The notes: generated by a model not told the origin, from the sequence alone. A stretch of DNA of 64,000 nucleotides from Mobula hypostoma (GCF_963921235.1 NC_086109.1:28522001-28586000); one strand, 5' to 3'. Positions 1-14,108 are shown, counted from the first letter of the stretch. Made by a program: numbers and translations.

Positions 1-370
1 GATAAAGGTGTACAAGATGATGAGAAGCATTGATTGTGTGGTTAGTTAGAGGTTCTTCCCCAGGACTGAGATGGCTAGCACGAGAGGACACAGTTTTAAG
101 GTGCTTGGAAGTAGGTACAGAGGAGATGTCAGGGTGAAGTTTTTTTACGCAGAGAGTGGTGAGTGCGTGGAAAGGGCTGCCGGCGATGGTGGTGGAGGTG
201 GATACAATAGAGTCTTTTAAGAGACTCCTGGATAGGTACATGGAGTTTAGAAAAATAGAGGGCTATGGGTAACCCTAGGCAATTTCTGAGGTAAGGACAT
301 GTTCGGCACAGCTTTGTGGGCCGAAGGACTGTATTGTACTGTAGGTTTTCTATATTTCTATGTTTCTATT
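1..370 (+). mobile_element. CR1/HER1-like LINE, 3' end (cut by window edge)
   Basis: Degenerate ORF2 C-terminus (tttacgcagagagtggtgagtgcgtggaa = FTQRVVSAW), typical 3' UTR and (TTTCTATG)-like tail at ~345-370. Confidence 0.85.
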
Positions 371-474
371 TTTTTCTTTGGAAGGGGCGAGAGATGCTCA
401 TGTTAAAAAAAGGCAAAAACAATGGATGAAATTGGTAGGTGGCAAATGTGTTCACAGGTTCATGATCAGTGAAT

Positions 475-3400
475 ATGGGGTGATGATAATAAATTTTAAA
501 AGGCAGAAATGGATCGCTACCTCAGAAAGATAGACATGTTTGATTGCACAACAAATAACTGGATAATATATACTGAATGAATTGAGCATTATTTTGAAGC
601 AAATAAAATCGATGATGAAAAATGAATGCCAGTGTTGTGGAGTGCAATGGCTGTAACTAAACCAGATGAAATGTGCTTTGTTGACTTTATGAATGAAATG
701 CAGAAACATTTAGAATCAAAACCATTGTTGATTGCAGAATACTTGAGGTTTCATAAGCAGAATTAGAAGGAAGGTTGTCTATTTCAGCATACATGGATAA
801 ATTGAAGTAATTGTCCAAGCATTATCAGTTCTGTGATGGGCTTAATGTTGCACAAGATAGCATTCAGAAACAGCTTCTAACTTTAAAGAGCACTTGAAAT
901 TGCCGTATCAATGGAAACAGCAGACAGAGACACAATTGAGTTGCAGTCAGGAATGAAAGTGAGTGTGAACAAAATTGTAACATTTAAACAGGAACGTGCC
1001 TGGCTGAGCAAATTGTGTCATCATCATTAAGGCAAGTGCCCCCATACACCAGACCAATGCAGGTTTAAAGGCAAAACTTGCAGAAAATGCAACAGAGTAG
1101 GACACATATAAAGAGCATATTGAACCAAAAACAAATAGATTGCACAGGGAAGAGTAAAAGATAATAAGTCAAATGCAGTTTGAAAAAGAGCTATAATCTG
1201 TATGCTGTTGATGAAAAATCTGATAATGATGTGAGTGATCCTGGATTGGCTAGCCTTGAGATTTACCATGTGAAATCTAATATGAGTCAAGCAATATGGC
1301 TTACATGAGAAGTGAACAACAAATTAATAAAAATGGAATTGGACACTGGCTCAGCTCTTTCAGGCATTACACAAATTGAGTTTGAACAATATTTTAAAGA
1401 TACTGAACTGAAGCCGGCAGATATCCAACTAAGAACTTATACTGGAGAAAAGATTACTTCTGTGGAATGACATTTGTAGCAGTGAAATACAACAAGCAAG
1501 CCACATTGGGCTTCTATGTACTAAAAGCAGGAGGGCCAGCATTGTGGTGCTGTGGTTGGCTGAATCAACTACAGCTTGATTGGAGATCCATCCACCATTT
1601 GCATACCATATGCCCTGCAATAGAGTCAACTGAGAGCAAATAAAAAAAAAACTACTGGATGATACCACAGCAATGTTCAAGGATGGCATTGGAAACTCTA
1701 ACTTATCAAGGGTCAAATAGTGTTATCTGAAAATGCCGGACCCAAGTTTTTACAAAGCCCATCCGGTTCCTTATCCTGTCCAAGATAGAGTAGCCAGTGG
1801 GCTAGACCACATGGAGGCTGAAGGAACACTTTCCAAGGTTGAGTGAAGCCCCAATAGCCAAGAAGGATGAGCTGTGGTGAGTTTAAAGTCACCAGCAACC
1901 CAGCACTGAATGTAAATTAAAACTCTTTTCCCAGGATAGAAACCTTTCTGGAGAGAAACACTTCAGCAAAGTGGACTTACCCGAGGCCTACCAACAGATG
2001 CAGATGGAAGAAGATTCCAAAGTGTTTCTCACCATTAATACTCACAAAGGTCTTCATTGCTATGATAGGATTATTTTTAGATTCGCATCTGTAGCTGTAT
2101 TCTAGCAGAAAGCTATGGACCAGGTGCTGCAAGGTTGCCCAGGCACTCAGTGTTACCTGGATGACATTATTATTACCAGTGAGGATGACAAGAAACATTT
2201 CCAAAATCTCAAGACAGTGTTAAAAAGACTAGAAGATTATTGGCTCAGAGCATAATGCAACATTTATGGATTCTTTAAACCAAGCATCACTTATTGTGGT
2301 CACACCATTGATGCCCAAGCACTATACAAGTATGCTGAGAAAATTCAAGCAGTTGTAGATGCCCCAAGGCCAAGGGATGTGTTACAGTTGTGGACTTTTT
2401 TTTAGGATTTGTTAATTGCTTTAACAGGTTCCTGCCGAAAGTGGCTACTGTGCTCCACCCCTTGAACTCATTACAGCAGATCGGAAAGAAATAGCAATGG
2501 ACAGTCAGGCACTGTACTCACACATTGTAACCCACATCGTCCCGTGAAGCTTGCCTGTGATGCCTCACCTAATGGTATAAGTGCCGTCATGTCACATGTT
2601 ATGAGTGATGGAATTGAATGCCCCATTCCCTTAACACTGCAGAGAAAAATTATGAACAGATTGACAGAGAGGTTTTGAGTCTAGTTTGGTGATTAAAATG
2701 TTTCAACCAATGCCTGTATGGGAGAGAGTTTACCCTCGTTACTGAACATCAACCACTAGCGTTGATTTTCAATCCACAGAACGGTGTTCCACTAATAGCA
2801 GCAGTACAAATGCAGATTCCTGGCGGTCACAATTACAAGATTGAATTCAAGAGAACAACTAATCATAGAATTGTTGATGGACTGTCACTTTTACCCTTGG
2901 AAAAGAAAACAGCTGTAAAATTTACAGATGAGAACACACCTCTTTATACACTCTCCCTAATGCAAATTGAAGTCTCCCTATTACAACAGAAGTTATCCAA
3001 AGGGAAACCAGAAAATACCCCACACTGTCTCAGGTCTATGTAGCACCCAAAATGGCTGGAATGAGAAGCAGAAACTCCAGCTCCCCCATTGTTACCGGTG
3101 CCAGGATGAACATGCTCTTAACGAGGATTGAGAAATGACATACTACCTAAGCTGAGAGCTAAAGTGCTGGAGGAGCTATCTGCCGGTCATCTAGGCATGA
3201 TCAAGATGTAAATTTTGACTCGAAGCTTTGTCTGAGGGCTTGGAATAGATCAGTAGATCGAGCAGCTTGCCATGCACTGTTCTGGATGCCAACACATCTA
3301 GAAGATGCCAAAAACACTGCCTCTCCACCTGGGAATGGCAGAGGAGTCATGTGGATTTTGTTGATCGTGGCACAATTTTTTTTGTAGTAGTGGATGCGGC

Positions 3401-4505
3401 TACAAAGTGGCCACGGGTGTTTCCAGTAACTGCCACTACAGCCTTGCAACTGTTGATGGGTTGAGAAGCCTCTTCTCAAGGACTGGTGTTTCAAAACATT
3501 TAGTCAGTACAATAGAAGACAGTTTGTTGCAGAACAGTTTCAGTCATTCCTGAAAATGAATGGAATAAGACGTATTATGTCTGCACTGTACTATGCAGAT
3601 GACTTGGCAGAAAGATTTGTCCAGACATTGTCAGCAGAACACACCACACTGAATCAGAAGATTGCTGATTTCCTCTTTGCTCATTGCAATGCACAATGCT
3701 CCACAACCAGAAGCTCATCAGCTCATCTTTGTCCATCTATTACATTCACGCTTGTATCCCCTCAAATCCAATCTCGGGAGGAGTATTCAGGACACACAGC
3801 TGAGATAAACTGAGGAGTCCTCAGACAAGGAGTTTGAGATGTTTCACTCCTGGATAAACAGACCTGGTGAGAGACTACGGAGATGATCAAAAAATGTGTA
3901 CTTGGAAAGATTAAGGACAGAATTGGACCACTCTCCTACAAAAGTGGAGATTGTGTCTAATGTCATCTGGAGACAACACTACAAACGATTGAGGAGAGCA
4001 GAGTCCAGAGCTGTTAGAACCACTTCCTGCAGTCCCAGAGTCAACTTCTACATTCCCACAAGGGAGTCCCCAGAACCTGAGATTGTTTCACAGCCTCATG
4101 TCTCAACTGATAAGCAGGAAAGATGTTGTCCCACATAAGTAAGAAATCCTCAACAGTGAGTAAATCTTTAGGCCTGAATGGGACAACTTAAGATTTACTA
4201 TGCTGTAGAGGTCTATATAGTGTACTGTCATTATATATAATGACTAAAGAGCAGTACGTTACCTATTTGAGCTGAGATGCAATCTATATTGAGTTGGAGT
4301 TTATAGCTAAGCAGGGAGAAGTGTAGTGTATTTAATATTTCAATTATATTTGAGTACTACTGTAAATATATTGTTTGATTAAGCATTCTTTATTTACATA
4401 ATCATAACAACTCACTAAAAAATGGAAGAAAAGCTAAGTGGATAAAATATATCCTGGCTCTTGTGTTTCTCTTTCAAGTATTTTCTGGAGTTACAAAACA
4501 TAACA
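475..4505 (+). mobile_element. Degenerate Ty3/Gypsy LTR retrotransposon (gag-pol with stops/frameshifts, 3' LTR present, 5' LTR not found)
   Basis: Manual translation: gag start MDRYLRKIDMFDC..W..Y.E.IEHYFEAN (~509); CCHC knuckle CRKCNRVGHI (~1079); protease MELDTGSA (1333); RT CYLDDIII (2151); RNase H VKLACDAS (~2544); integrase GHLGMIKM, CSGCQ, HVDF, VVDAATKWP (3185-3415). Order PR-RT-RH-IN is Gypsy-type. Confidence 0.92.
4322..4505 (+). mobile_element. 3' LTR of the Gypsy element
   Basis: Purine tract aagcagggagaag (4309-4321) directly followed by TGT...; ends ...aaaacataACA at 4505. Confidence 0.7.
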
Positions 4506-4869
4506 GTGGTAGAAGTCACAGTTTGGGGCATGCTATCAGATAACTTTGGATGAGTAGAGTGAATTTTGTAAATGATGAGTACAATGCCAAAATGGGCCGG
4601 TAGTGAAAGGATTGAAAACTGAGGGGATCTGCTTTACCTTGGATAGAGAATCTCCCATTATACTCCTGATTTGTGCCCTGTTGATGAAAAGGTGCCAGAG
4701 TTCAGGAGGTGAGATATTTGGCACAGAAATGCAAAATCTGATCTGCAGTTGAAGCTGTTTCAGTAGGTTTCTGGTGAATGAAGATTCCTGGAATGTTGAT
4801 GGCATGTCCTCTGTGATAATCATGTCACTGAGTATTAAAGTTAGGTGCCTTGACTGACTTTTGTCCGGT

Positions 4870-5800
4870 ATTCATGTTCAGATTAATTTATTTATCACAT
4901 GTAGATTGAAACATACAGTGAAATGCACCATTTGCATTAACAACCAATCGTAGTTCCTCAGGTTCAATATCACAAATGACCTGACTTGGTCCAACCAAGC
5001 AGAGTTCACTGCCAAGAACGCCCACCAGTGTCTTTACTTCCTGAGAAAACTAAAGAAATTTGGCCTGTCCCCTAAAACCCTCACTAATTTTTATAGATGC
5101 ACCGTGGAAAGCATTCTTCTAAGGTGCATCACAACCTGGTATGGAAGTTGTCCTGTCCAAGACCGAAAGAAGCTGCAGAAGAGGGTGAACACGGCGCAGC
5201 ACATCACACAAACCAATCTTCCCTCCGTGGACTCACTTTATACCGCACGCTGTCAGAGCAGTGCTGCCAGGATAATCAAGGACACGACCCACCCAGCCAA
5301 CACACTTTTCATCCCTCTTCACTCCAAGAGAAGGCTCAGGAGCTTGAAGACTTGTATGGCCAGGTTTGGGAACAGCTTCTTTCCATCTGTGATAAGACTG
5401 CTGAACAGATCCTGACCCAGATCTGGGCCGTACCCTCCAAATATCCGGACCTGTCTCTCGGTTTTTTATTGCACTACCTAACTTTCCATTTTTCTATTTT
5501 CTATTTATGATTTATAATTTTAATTTTTAATATTTACTATCGATTTGTAATCCAGGGAGTGGGAAGCACAGAATCAAATATCGCTGTGATGATTATACGT
5601 TCTAGTATCAATTGTTTGGCGACAATAAAGTATAAAGTAAAGTAAGTAAAGTATAGTAAGGAGTGTTGGGGGCAGCCCACAAGTGTTGCCACTCATTCCA
5701 GCTCCAGTGTAGCATGCCCACCATGTTCCCAGGACAAATTAAGCAGCAACAAAAACAGCACAACAGCAACTAAACAAGAACAGAAAAACATGTTGTTTGC
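4870..5800 (-). mobile_element. SINE-like element split by the Rex1 insertion at 4950-5655
   Basis: 4870-4947 and 5660-5735 are reverse complements of contiguous sequence in the SINE at ~30395-30520 (gcatttcactgtatgttt; gtggcaacactt). Confidence 0.6.
4950..5655 (+). mobile_element. Rex1/Babar-type non-LTR retrotransposon, 5'-truncated
   Basis: LTWSNQ..AHQCLYFLRKLKKFGLSPKTLTNFYRCTVESIL..CITTWYG..FGNSFFPSVIRLLN; AATAAA plus (AAAGT)n-like tail. Confidence 0.88.
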
Positions 5801-7171
5801 TACATAAGCTCATGGCAGAATGTTGCCCTAGTCTTGCTGAATGGGGGGCACAGAATGCTTCATTTATTGAAAAGTTTGGAATAGATTTCCATATTGTGTA
5901 ATCATTAGCTAATAAACACCCTTCTGACTGCATTGTGAAAGACATTAACAAGGATGATTATGGCTAAGATACTGCTCTGGTGACAACATTGTGGCATCCT
6001 GGGACAGAGAAGATTGACCTCCAAAAATACCAACCATTATTCCATCTACAGTTACCCTTGGATATCCATTATCTTCACACTACATGAAATGCTACCTTGA
6101 AACCACAGATTGCCTCTTTTATTATATCTCTGGAATTCTGTGCTTTCTTCCATGTTTAAACCATGACATTAATGAAATCTGGAACAGGATAACCTGGAAA
6201 ATACCAATAATGTGAAATGAGCGTCAATGAACAGTTATTGATGTGCCACAGGAATAGTAAGTACTACCAATGATGACTTCCATCAATTAGTTAACAATTG
6301 AGAATAATGAATTTTTCTGGACCATACATATTGAGACAATTTTCCCTAATGTCAAGTTGATGTCAGCGTGATTATTGTAAGAGTACAGTTTGGCTAACCC
6401 TTTCGATTCTCTTCAGCACTGCATCTGAAAAAAGCCATTCCATTCCTTTTGCTTTATTCGCTGCACTTTGTCTTTATGTGACATTGGGTGTACGGAATTG
6501 ACGTGCTATTGTAGTGAAGCAGTGACTGGTTGTCATCACTAGAAACTAATGCAATTTAAATGAAACAATCATGTATCATCATTAGAGGGCAACAGCTTTA
6601 GTTCAGATTTGACACAATGAGAGATTAGGCCACAGTGCAATAAGGCTCAGGTTGCTGACTGAGATCCTTAACTCTGGAATTTTCAGCATATAACCTCTGA
6701 CCACAGTCAGTTCAATAATTTCTAATCCCAGATATTTTTATGTGTTCAAAGAGCTTGAGGAAGTACTACAGAAGGCTGAAAGTTGCAATGTGTGGTGAAT
6801 AAGCAAAAATTCCTGTTTGTTATTCTCAGACTTTCCCACAGAATTTCTGTGGGCTTTTGAACTGTAGTTTGCCCTTATCAGACTATCAAAATAATGAGGC
6901 CTTCACCACAACAGATCTGTGACCTGTGGGAACTGGACAAGGAACAGGATACTGCGTTGTTAAGCATAGAGGGATCTTTAATGAAACTTACAGAGCCTAA
7001 AGCAGGAAACATGCATTGGAGGATTTTATTTAATATAAATTCTTGAACTGAAAATGAAATTAAAAAGGAAAGAAAAATGGAATTGTGGAACAAGATAAAA
7101 AAGAGAAAAAGATAAAGTGATGCAGTGTTTTATGGGTATTAACGTACTCTGACTTCTCATCTTTTTTTCGC

Positions 7172-7310
7172 TAGTCCTGAAGAAAGTGCCTCAGCCTGAA
7201 ACGTCAACTGTACTTTTTTCCACAGATGCTGCCTGGCCTGCTGAGTTCTTCCTGCATTTTGTGCATGTTGCTTAGATTTTCAGAATCTGCAGATTTTCTC
7301 TTGTTTGTGA
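7172..7310 (+). mobile_element. Short Penelope-derived terminal fragment starting with a degenerate hammerhead motif
   Basis: tagtc-CTGAAGA-...-GAAAC-GTC-aactg (7172-7210), then gatgctgcctggcctgctgagtt shared with the 3' end of the Penelope copies. Confidence 0.75.
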
Positions 7311-9416
7311 TTTGACAGGATAGGTGTTGAGATAGTTTCAGTAGTGTAAGAGTCATGAAGATGGGGATATGGTAGCAAGATTAGGATCCAGTTATTTAAA
7401 ACTGAGGCTCGTAGAAATTTCTTATGCCTGAGGATATTGAACCTTCTGATTAGAGTGTAGGGGTAGAGCATTAGATACGTTTAAGGTGGAGATAAATCAG
7501 AATCAGGTTTATAATCACCAGCATGTGTTGTGAAATTTGTTAAATACTTGAAAGATAGAAGAATTGAGGGTTATATGGAAATGGAACAGAAGCGAATTTG
7601 ACACCAGCATAGGTCAATCAAAGTCATATTGAATGAAAGGGCAGGTTTGAGCAGCCTGATGGCTTACTCCTGCATTTATTTTCCTATATTAGAATAGTCT
7701 GGCAAAAATGAATTTGTGAATGATTGACAATTCACACTTCTGAGAAAAAGTAAATTTTCAATGGAAGATAAACAATTTGGGAGAATATTAGTTATCACAT
7801 CGTTAAAGACATCTTTCAAAGTCAAAACTTAAATCTTAGTAGGTATATTGACCAGCTCAGGCCCCATATGGGTTTGTGATGAGGTATTACTATAGCCAAT
7901 TTGGTGAAGTAGCAGAGCAAACAGAACTATTTTACCCAAACACACTTGAATAGCAGAAGCTGCTGTCTAGACTACTCGCTGATATCAGTAAAATCTAAAT
8001 GTACTGTATCTTTCCAATTGAAAAATCAAGCCACAATCTTCTTTATTGTCTCTGTTTTTTTCTTTTTTTTTGCTGCATTTTCAACAATTTCACATCATGT
8101 CAGACAGTGAGATAAATCTTATTTGATTCGGATTCTGATTGTTTCAGGATATGACTCTGTCAGGATCTTTCAATTTCTGGAAAATGATGGACCAGCCCCG
8201 TGGGATTTGTGGAGCTGACTAGTCTACAATGTCCTCTGTGAAATGTCCTCCCAAGTAGATTCCTAAACACACTTTTACTACACGGGACCTGCAGGACATA
8301 TGACAAAACACAAGCCACTTGTGATCAGAAATGATGATCTATAGATGTCAGTATCAAGCCACTGTTAGATAATATAATTCTCATGGCTGACTAACTATTG
8401 GCCATTAACTATAACAAGTGAGATAAGATGAATAATTTGCAATAAAGTTGTAGTAATTTTTAAAATATTATGAATATTTAAAATTTATAAACACATTTGA
8501 GGTTGAACAGTTTAAATTTAAAGCTTTAAAACCAGTCTACTTGCCAGCAAATCAAAACTAATTTAGTCTTCTACCTGAGAAATGGCTTGAAATATAATTC
8601 CAGGTCACAAACTTACACTGTTGTTTGAAGAAGGTTCAAAGGCAGTTCCATTACAAATCTAGACATCACAATTTATAATGTAATAAAGAAACTGTTCAGT
8701 GAAAGGTCAAGATGGTGAAGATATGAAGTGCACACATTACAATTTTTTAACAGATCAATGTAGAGAACTGCACAAATATTTACAGACAGATCTCTCACAT
8801 CTTCCATTAACACTCCATTGTATGTTTTGCAGTTTACTTGTCCTTATCAATTTACAAATTCAGGACAAGAAGTAAATGGTGTGTGGGATCCCCTGAATAT
8901 ATATATGCTAATAAATAGTTCCTTTGGAAAATCAAGCATATTTACATCTTTTAGATTTGATTTAAATGGGTAGCAAAAGGAAATTATTTGCTCATATCAA
9001 ATATCCCTCACCTTCTGAATATGTTTCCAAGAGCAAAGGTTCCACTGATAATATAGTCTTTGGTCTCTCAAAGCTTTGGGTTCCAGTTTCATAAATTAGA
9101 AAAAGTTTGAAATAATGCAAAATTTAAACCCAGATAGTGTTAGCCAAGTATGGATATTGGAATAAATTATGTTCTCTCATGTTTTTATATTGCTCAAGTT
9201 TATACTACATTATTAGTTGTGATGGAGAATTTAAATCATGATGTATTTTCCTTATGTTCACTCTGAGGAAGAATCTCCCTTGGGAAGACTATTCTTTTTC
9301 ACTTCTAATAAAAATACTATCCACAACAAAAACACTCACAAAAGTGAAGGGCGCTATCAAAAGAAACGATTTGAAATTGAACCATACAAAGATGAAACAG
9401 AAAAACTAAAGCTTAC

Positions 9417-9481
9417 CTGCTGAAAATATTAATCTTCTTCCTAACTTGAAGAAAACCAATGCCAGTTAATTCAGAAATGGC
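9417..9481 (-). CDS. Candidate 65-nt internal exon of an unidentified host gene (AISELTGIGFLQVRKKINIFS+AG)
   Basis: Minus strand acceptor gctttttcttccactgacag and donor CAG|gtaagc; only one open frame (phase 0 to 2); lies in non-repetitive sequence. Peptide not recognised. Confidence 0.5.
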
Positions 9482-10699
9482 CTGTCAGTGGAAGAAAAAG
9501 CATCAAGCTATTAAAAACAGTAAGTAAAGCAACTCCCTTCTCTAAAGAAGATTCAGTGAATGGATTAATTTGAAAGCACTAAGTGACAAAGTAGATGATA
9601 ACTTAGATTGAAGACTTCATAAATTATTTTCTGGGTTACAGTCCTGCTTTGTCCTTCTGAGAAGATGCACAATCCCCAAGTCCCATAACTGTCAGCTCGA
9701 TAATAACCAGGTTCACCTGTCATTGCAAGTAATGGATTAATGTGCCAGATTCCATTAGTTCACATAATTATAAAGATATATTAGTAGAATGTTTTCTTGT
9801 ATGAATTCTTGTATGAAGTAATTTTAATTAAATTCTTCATTCTATTTTATTCCTTAAATTCCCAACAAAAATCTGAAATAATCATTTTTCAGTGACTGAA
9901 AACACAGGAGAAATTAGGACAATGTCTTTGCAATTATTATATTGTAATAGTTTGAAACGGCACTCTTTAAGTAAGGCTTTGCTCAACATTTGACGTAGTT
10001 TTTTTCTTGAGTGAAAATATCCGAAGGGAAATTAATTATTAAAAAATACTTAAAGGGATCAAAATTTAGCCCAAACCCATAGTAAACAAAGCTAAAATTT
10101 ATTCAATTCCACTCAATTTTATTGATGGCTTTTTATATTTTCAAAGAGAACAGAAATTGCAAAACGGAAACATATTCTTCGGCACAATTAATCAGTACTC
10201 ACCTTCAACGTTCATGCGAGTAGTCCTCATCCCTTGTTCTGATATCCCTTGATCCTTTCATTTCCCTTTCCTTCAAACACTTAGTTTAGCATTAACTTGA
10301 TTGATTAACACTTCATCACTAACTCCAGGACTGGATTCTGCAGCTCCACAACAACCTTCTGCTAAGAAGATCTTTGTTCTTTGTTCTGATGTTTCACCTT
10401 TGAGGTATGGCTTTTTCTTTTAACATGCTGAGCCACTATCGGAAGAAATTGTCCATCTGATAGTGACCCAGTTCTCACAAATCTACACACTTCATGAAAT
10501 CATCCTTTAGCCTATTTTTGTAATAAGACAATCCAGTTATTCCAAGTCCTTTTGTTTTGTATTTGTTTTTCTTGTTATGTGACAGCTATCAACAGAACAT
10601 ATGCTAACCGTTGTCTGACTTCTAGGCACTCTTCCTATTGTTTTGTCTTCAAAGCTGCACAGAGTGCTCCAAATGTTATTGTGCTTGGCTTCATATATA

Positions 10700-11125
10700 T
10701 ACTCAGTAGTCACCTTTTTAGGTACAGGAATGGAACCTGGCCTTCTGCTGCTGCGGCCTATCCACTTCAAGACTCAATGTGCTCTTCTGCATGCCACTGT
10801 TGCCTTCCTGTCAGCTTGTTTTTTTTCTTTATTTTTGCACCGTTATCTGTAAACTCCAGAGACTGTTGAGGATAAAAATACCAGGAGATCAGCGGTTTCT
10901 GAGATTCTCTAACTACGCCGTAAGGCACCAACAATCATTCGACGATCAAATTCACTTAAATCACATCTGTTCACCATCCTGATATTTGGTCTAAGCAACA
11001 ACTGAACCTCATGACCATGCCTGCATGCTTTTATGCACTGAGTTTCTGTCCAATGATTGAGTGACTAGATATTTGTATTAATGAGCAGGTGTACAGCAGT
11101 ACCTAAATAAAGTGGCCACTGAGCG
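10700..11125. mobile_element. Tc1/mariner-derived non-autonomous element
   Basis: Inverted termini actcagtagtcacctttttaggtac ... gtacctaaataaagtggccactgag; related copy at 26581-27307. Confidence 0.75.
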
Positions 11126-11154
11126 TTAATCTGTCACGAGATCTCAATGATAAA

Positions 11155-11500
11155 TAGAACACTAAAACCATAAAACATAGGAGCAGAATTAAGCCTTTCA
11201 GTCCATCGAGTCTGCTCCACCATTCAATCATGGCTGATTTATTTTCCCTCTCAATCCCATTATCCTACTTCCTCCCATTACCTTTGATACCCTAACAAAT
11301 CAAACTCCACTTTAAATAAACCCAGTGGCTTGGCCTCTACAGTCATCAGTGCAATGATTCTCCACCCTCTGGCAGAAGAAATTCATCCCCATTTCTGTTC
11401 TAAAGGGACGTCATCTACTCTGACACTGTGCCATTTGGTCCTAGACTCTCCCCCATTCACTCTATCAATGCCTTTCAATATTTGGTAGGCTTTCAATATA
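11155..11500 (-). mobile_element. CR1-like LINE 3' fragment
   Basis: cataggagcagaatt...tctgctccaccattcaatcatggctgatt, reverse complement of the CR1 3' UTR seen at 17550-17650 and 23690-23768. Confidence 0.8.
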
Positions 11501-11789
11501 GTCCCAAAATATTATTCAAACCGGATGTCCAAAATATCTACATATGTTAGTCCCCAGGAAAAGTAGAATTTGATTCCCTACTTTATCCATTTGTTCCATG
11601 CATGTGCTTTACATACCTTTCCTTACAATACTGTGGAGAAGTGATTATCGTATTGGGTAATTTTTGTTCAGCTTTGGACAAAATCAACTTATGGACAATA
11701 ATTGTTTTTCCAGCTATTACCTCTAACAGCAACATACACAAAATGTAGCAGGAGCTCAGCCAATCAGGCTACAACTATGTTTTAAGTTC

Positions 11790-13420
11790 AAAGTTAATTA
11801 GCTTATTTAGGATAGCTCTTAAAGAACAAAAACTAGCCAAGAAAATAGCTGGAATTCCCTTTGTTTATTTGGAACACTATGCTGCTTAATTAGGACAGGA
11901 GACTGTCACCAAACAAATTCTAACTAGTGCCAGTTGTGTGCACATATGTGGCTGTTAGACACTGCACCTTGCTTAGAGCAAACAGCTTTTAAATAGTGCC
12001 AGTTTCATGTGTTTATGTTCAAAAAGAAGTGGATTTTTGTCACTGATAATTGGCGAGAAATAAGCAGTAAGATGATTCAGAACAGTTTTGCTTACTGCAA
12101 TTTCATGGTTTCAGGCTTGGAGTTGCTGGAAATAGCCAGGAGTGAAAATGAAATTGTTTTGCTACCTCAACAAGTTAGGCACTATGAAGAATTTGAAAAT
12201 GTTGTCAGTCATTTTGAATATTACAATAAAAAAGAAGATTTGGGGGATGCAGTCATCAAAAGCATTGTATGAAGGCAGTCCATTATCCGCACTAGGTGCC
12301 TGTGCTGATTTTGTTCATTTACAGTTGTGACAAAAAACCAAGTTATCAGAAGATTGATGCTGATGAGAGAGATAAGAGAGACAAAGAGAGAAGCGTTCAA
12401 AATGTTAATGAGAGAGAAGAGAGATTAATGAAAAGAGATATAGTTCCAAGTATTGACAGACTGGTCGCTTTGAACCTGAACTGTTTGAAGTTTGATGGAC
12501 AGGCGATACCCCAGCAGGAGGATAAAAGGAACAGGTTCACTAAGGCACGACAGACACCACGAGATCAGGAGATAACGAGACCCTGGAAGTGCGGTGTGCC
12601 CCCACAAGTTGGTAGGAGTTTGGAGGTCTGGTCGCAGGACCGACCATAGATGCACAGGCTGAAAAGGTACGATCGGCGGGAACCTGGTGTGTGTGTCTGC
12701 CCGTGCCTGGGTGCCGGGTTCACCGCGGAAGAACGATCGTATCCTGAATGGAGGGGTCACAGTCGGTGACCTCAGAAGATATTAAAAAGGACTCGCCCAA
12801 AAGCTAACTGCGGAGAACATCAAGGTCTGTCTGAATTCAATTTGCATATTCACTCTCTCTCTCTCTCCAACGGCACAATAGCGATTGCTGCAAACTGTAC
12901 TAAACTGAACTGAACTCTGCGTCACTTGAGACTGAGCATTTTACCCCTAGACTGCGATAGAACTTGTTTGATTCCTATTATCCTAGTTCTGTGTACGTGT
13001 GTTTTATCAGTGTTAACCTGTTGCATTTATATCCTTACGATTAGAGTACTGTGTTACTTGTTTCTTTAATAAAACTTTCTTAGTTCCAGTTATCCAGACT
13101 CCAACTAAGTGGTCCATTTCTGCTGGTTTGGCAACCCAGTTATGGGGTACGTAACATAATCAACAGAACATGGCGGCATACACTGGATGGATTCCTCCAC
13201 TGATAAGTATTAGAAACTAATACAGTTTAATAATACTGAAATAGTATCAGTATTCTTATATATTCTGTATATCATCATTTGTTACTCAAGTTAAACGGTA
13301 GTTTGTTTCTTTTTATACCTATTTAAATATCTCTGTAAAACTTCAGCTAATTGGAGCAGCTGCTTAATTGGACAAAACATACTGGTCCTGATGTGTCCAA
13401 ATTTACTGCATTCCACTGTA
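11790..13420 (+). mobile_element. pogo/Tigger-like DNA transposon relic, interrupted by a solo LTR
   Basis: ORF 12009-12272 contains W..ISSKMIQNSF..C.F, resembling the pogo transposase C-terminus; right terminus ...gtgtccaaatttactgcattccactg followed by TA; left terminus not found. Confidence 0.6.
12326..13156 (+). mobile_element. Solo LTR (~830 bp)
   Basis: Starts TGTGAC, ends GTAACA; AATAAA at ~13068; CpG-richer than flanks; splits the pogo-like element. No matching TSD seen. Confidence 0.7.
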
Positions 13421-13489
13421 TGTGATAAAATATATGTACTTTGATAATGAATTTACTTTGAGCTTAGAACTTCTTGAACATTCTAGTAT

Positions 13490-14108
13490 AATCATAGTAC
13501 AAGAGCTGGAATGTTATGATGAGGTTGTATAAGGCATTGGTGAGGCCGAATCTGGAGTATTGTGTTCAGTTTTGGTCACCAAATTACAGGAAGGATACAA
13601 ATAAGGTTGAAAGAGTGCAGAGAAGGTTTACAAGGATTTTGCCGGGACTTGAGAAACTCAGTTACAGAGAAAGGTTGAATAGGTTAGGACTTTATTCCCT
13701 GGAGCGTAGAAGAATGAGGGGAGATTTGATAGAGGTATATAAAATTATGATGGGTATAGATAGAGTGAATGCAAGCAGGCTTTTTCCACTGAGGCAAGGG
13801 GAGAAAAAAAAAAGAGGACATCGGTTAATGGTGAGGGGGGAAAGTTTAAAGGGAACATTAGGGGGGGCTTCTTCACACAGAGAGTGGTGGGAGTATGGAA
13901 TGAGCTGCCAGACGATGTGGTAAATGTGGGTTCTTTTTTAACATTTAAAAATAAATTGGACAGATACATGGATGGGAGGTGTATGGAGGGATTTGGTCCG
14001 TGTGCAGGTCAGTGGGACTAGGCAGAAAATGGTTCGGCACAGCCAAGAAGGGCCAAAAGGCTTGTTTCTGTGCTGTAGTTTTTCTATAGTTTCTATGGTT
14101 TCTATGGT
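13490..14108 (+). mobile_element. CR1/HER1-like LINE, 5'-truncated, relatively young
   Basis: ORF 13516: LYKALVRPNLEYCVQFWSP..ERVQRRFTR..SYRERL..LGLYSLERRRMRGDLIEVYKI; (TTTCTATRG)n tail. Confidence 0.93.

Noticed and set aside
8833..8878. Small inverted repeat tttacttgtcct...aggacaagaagtaaa
   Set aside because: Short, AT-rich and imperfect; expected by chance
10195..10520. Strong minus-strand donor AAG|gtgagt at ~10201
   Set aside because: Upstream sequence looks like a decayed CR1 3' end and no acceptor defines an exon
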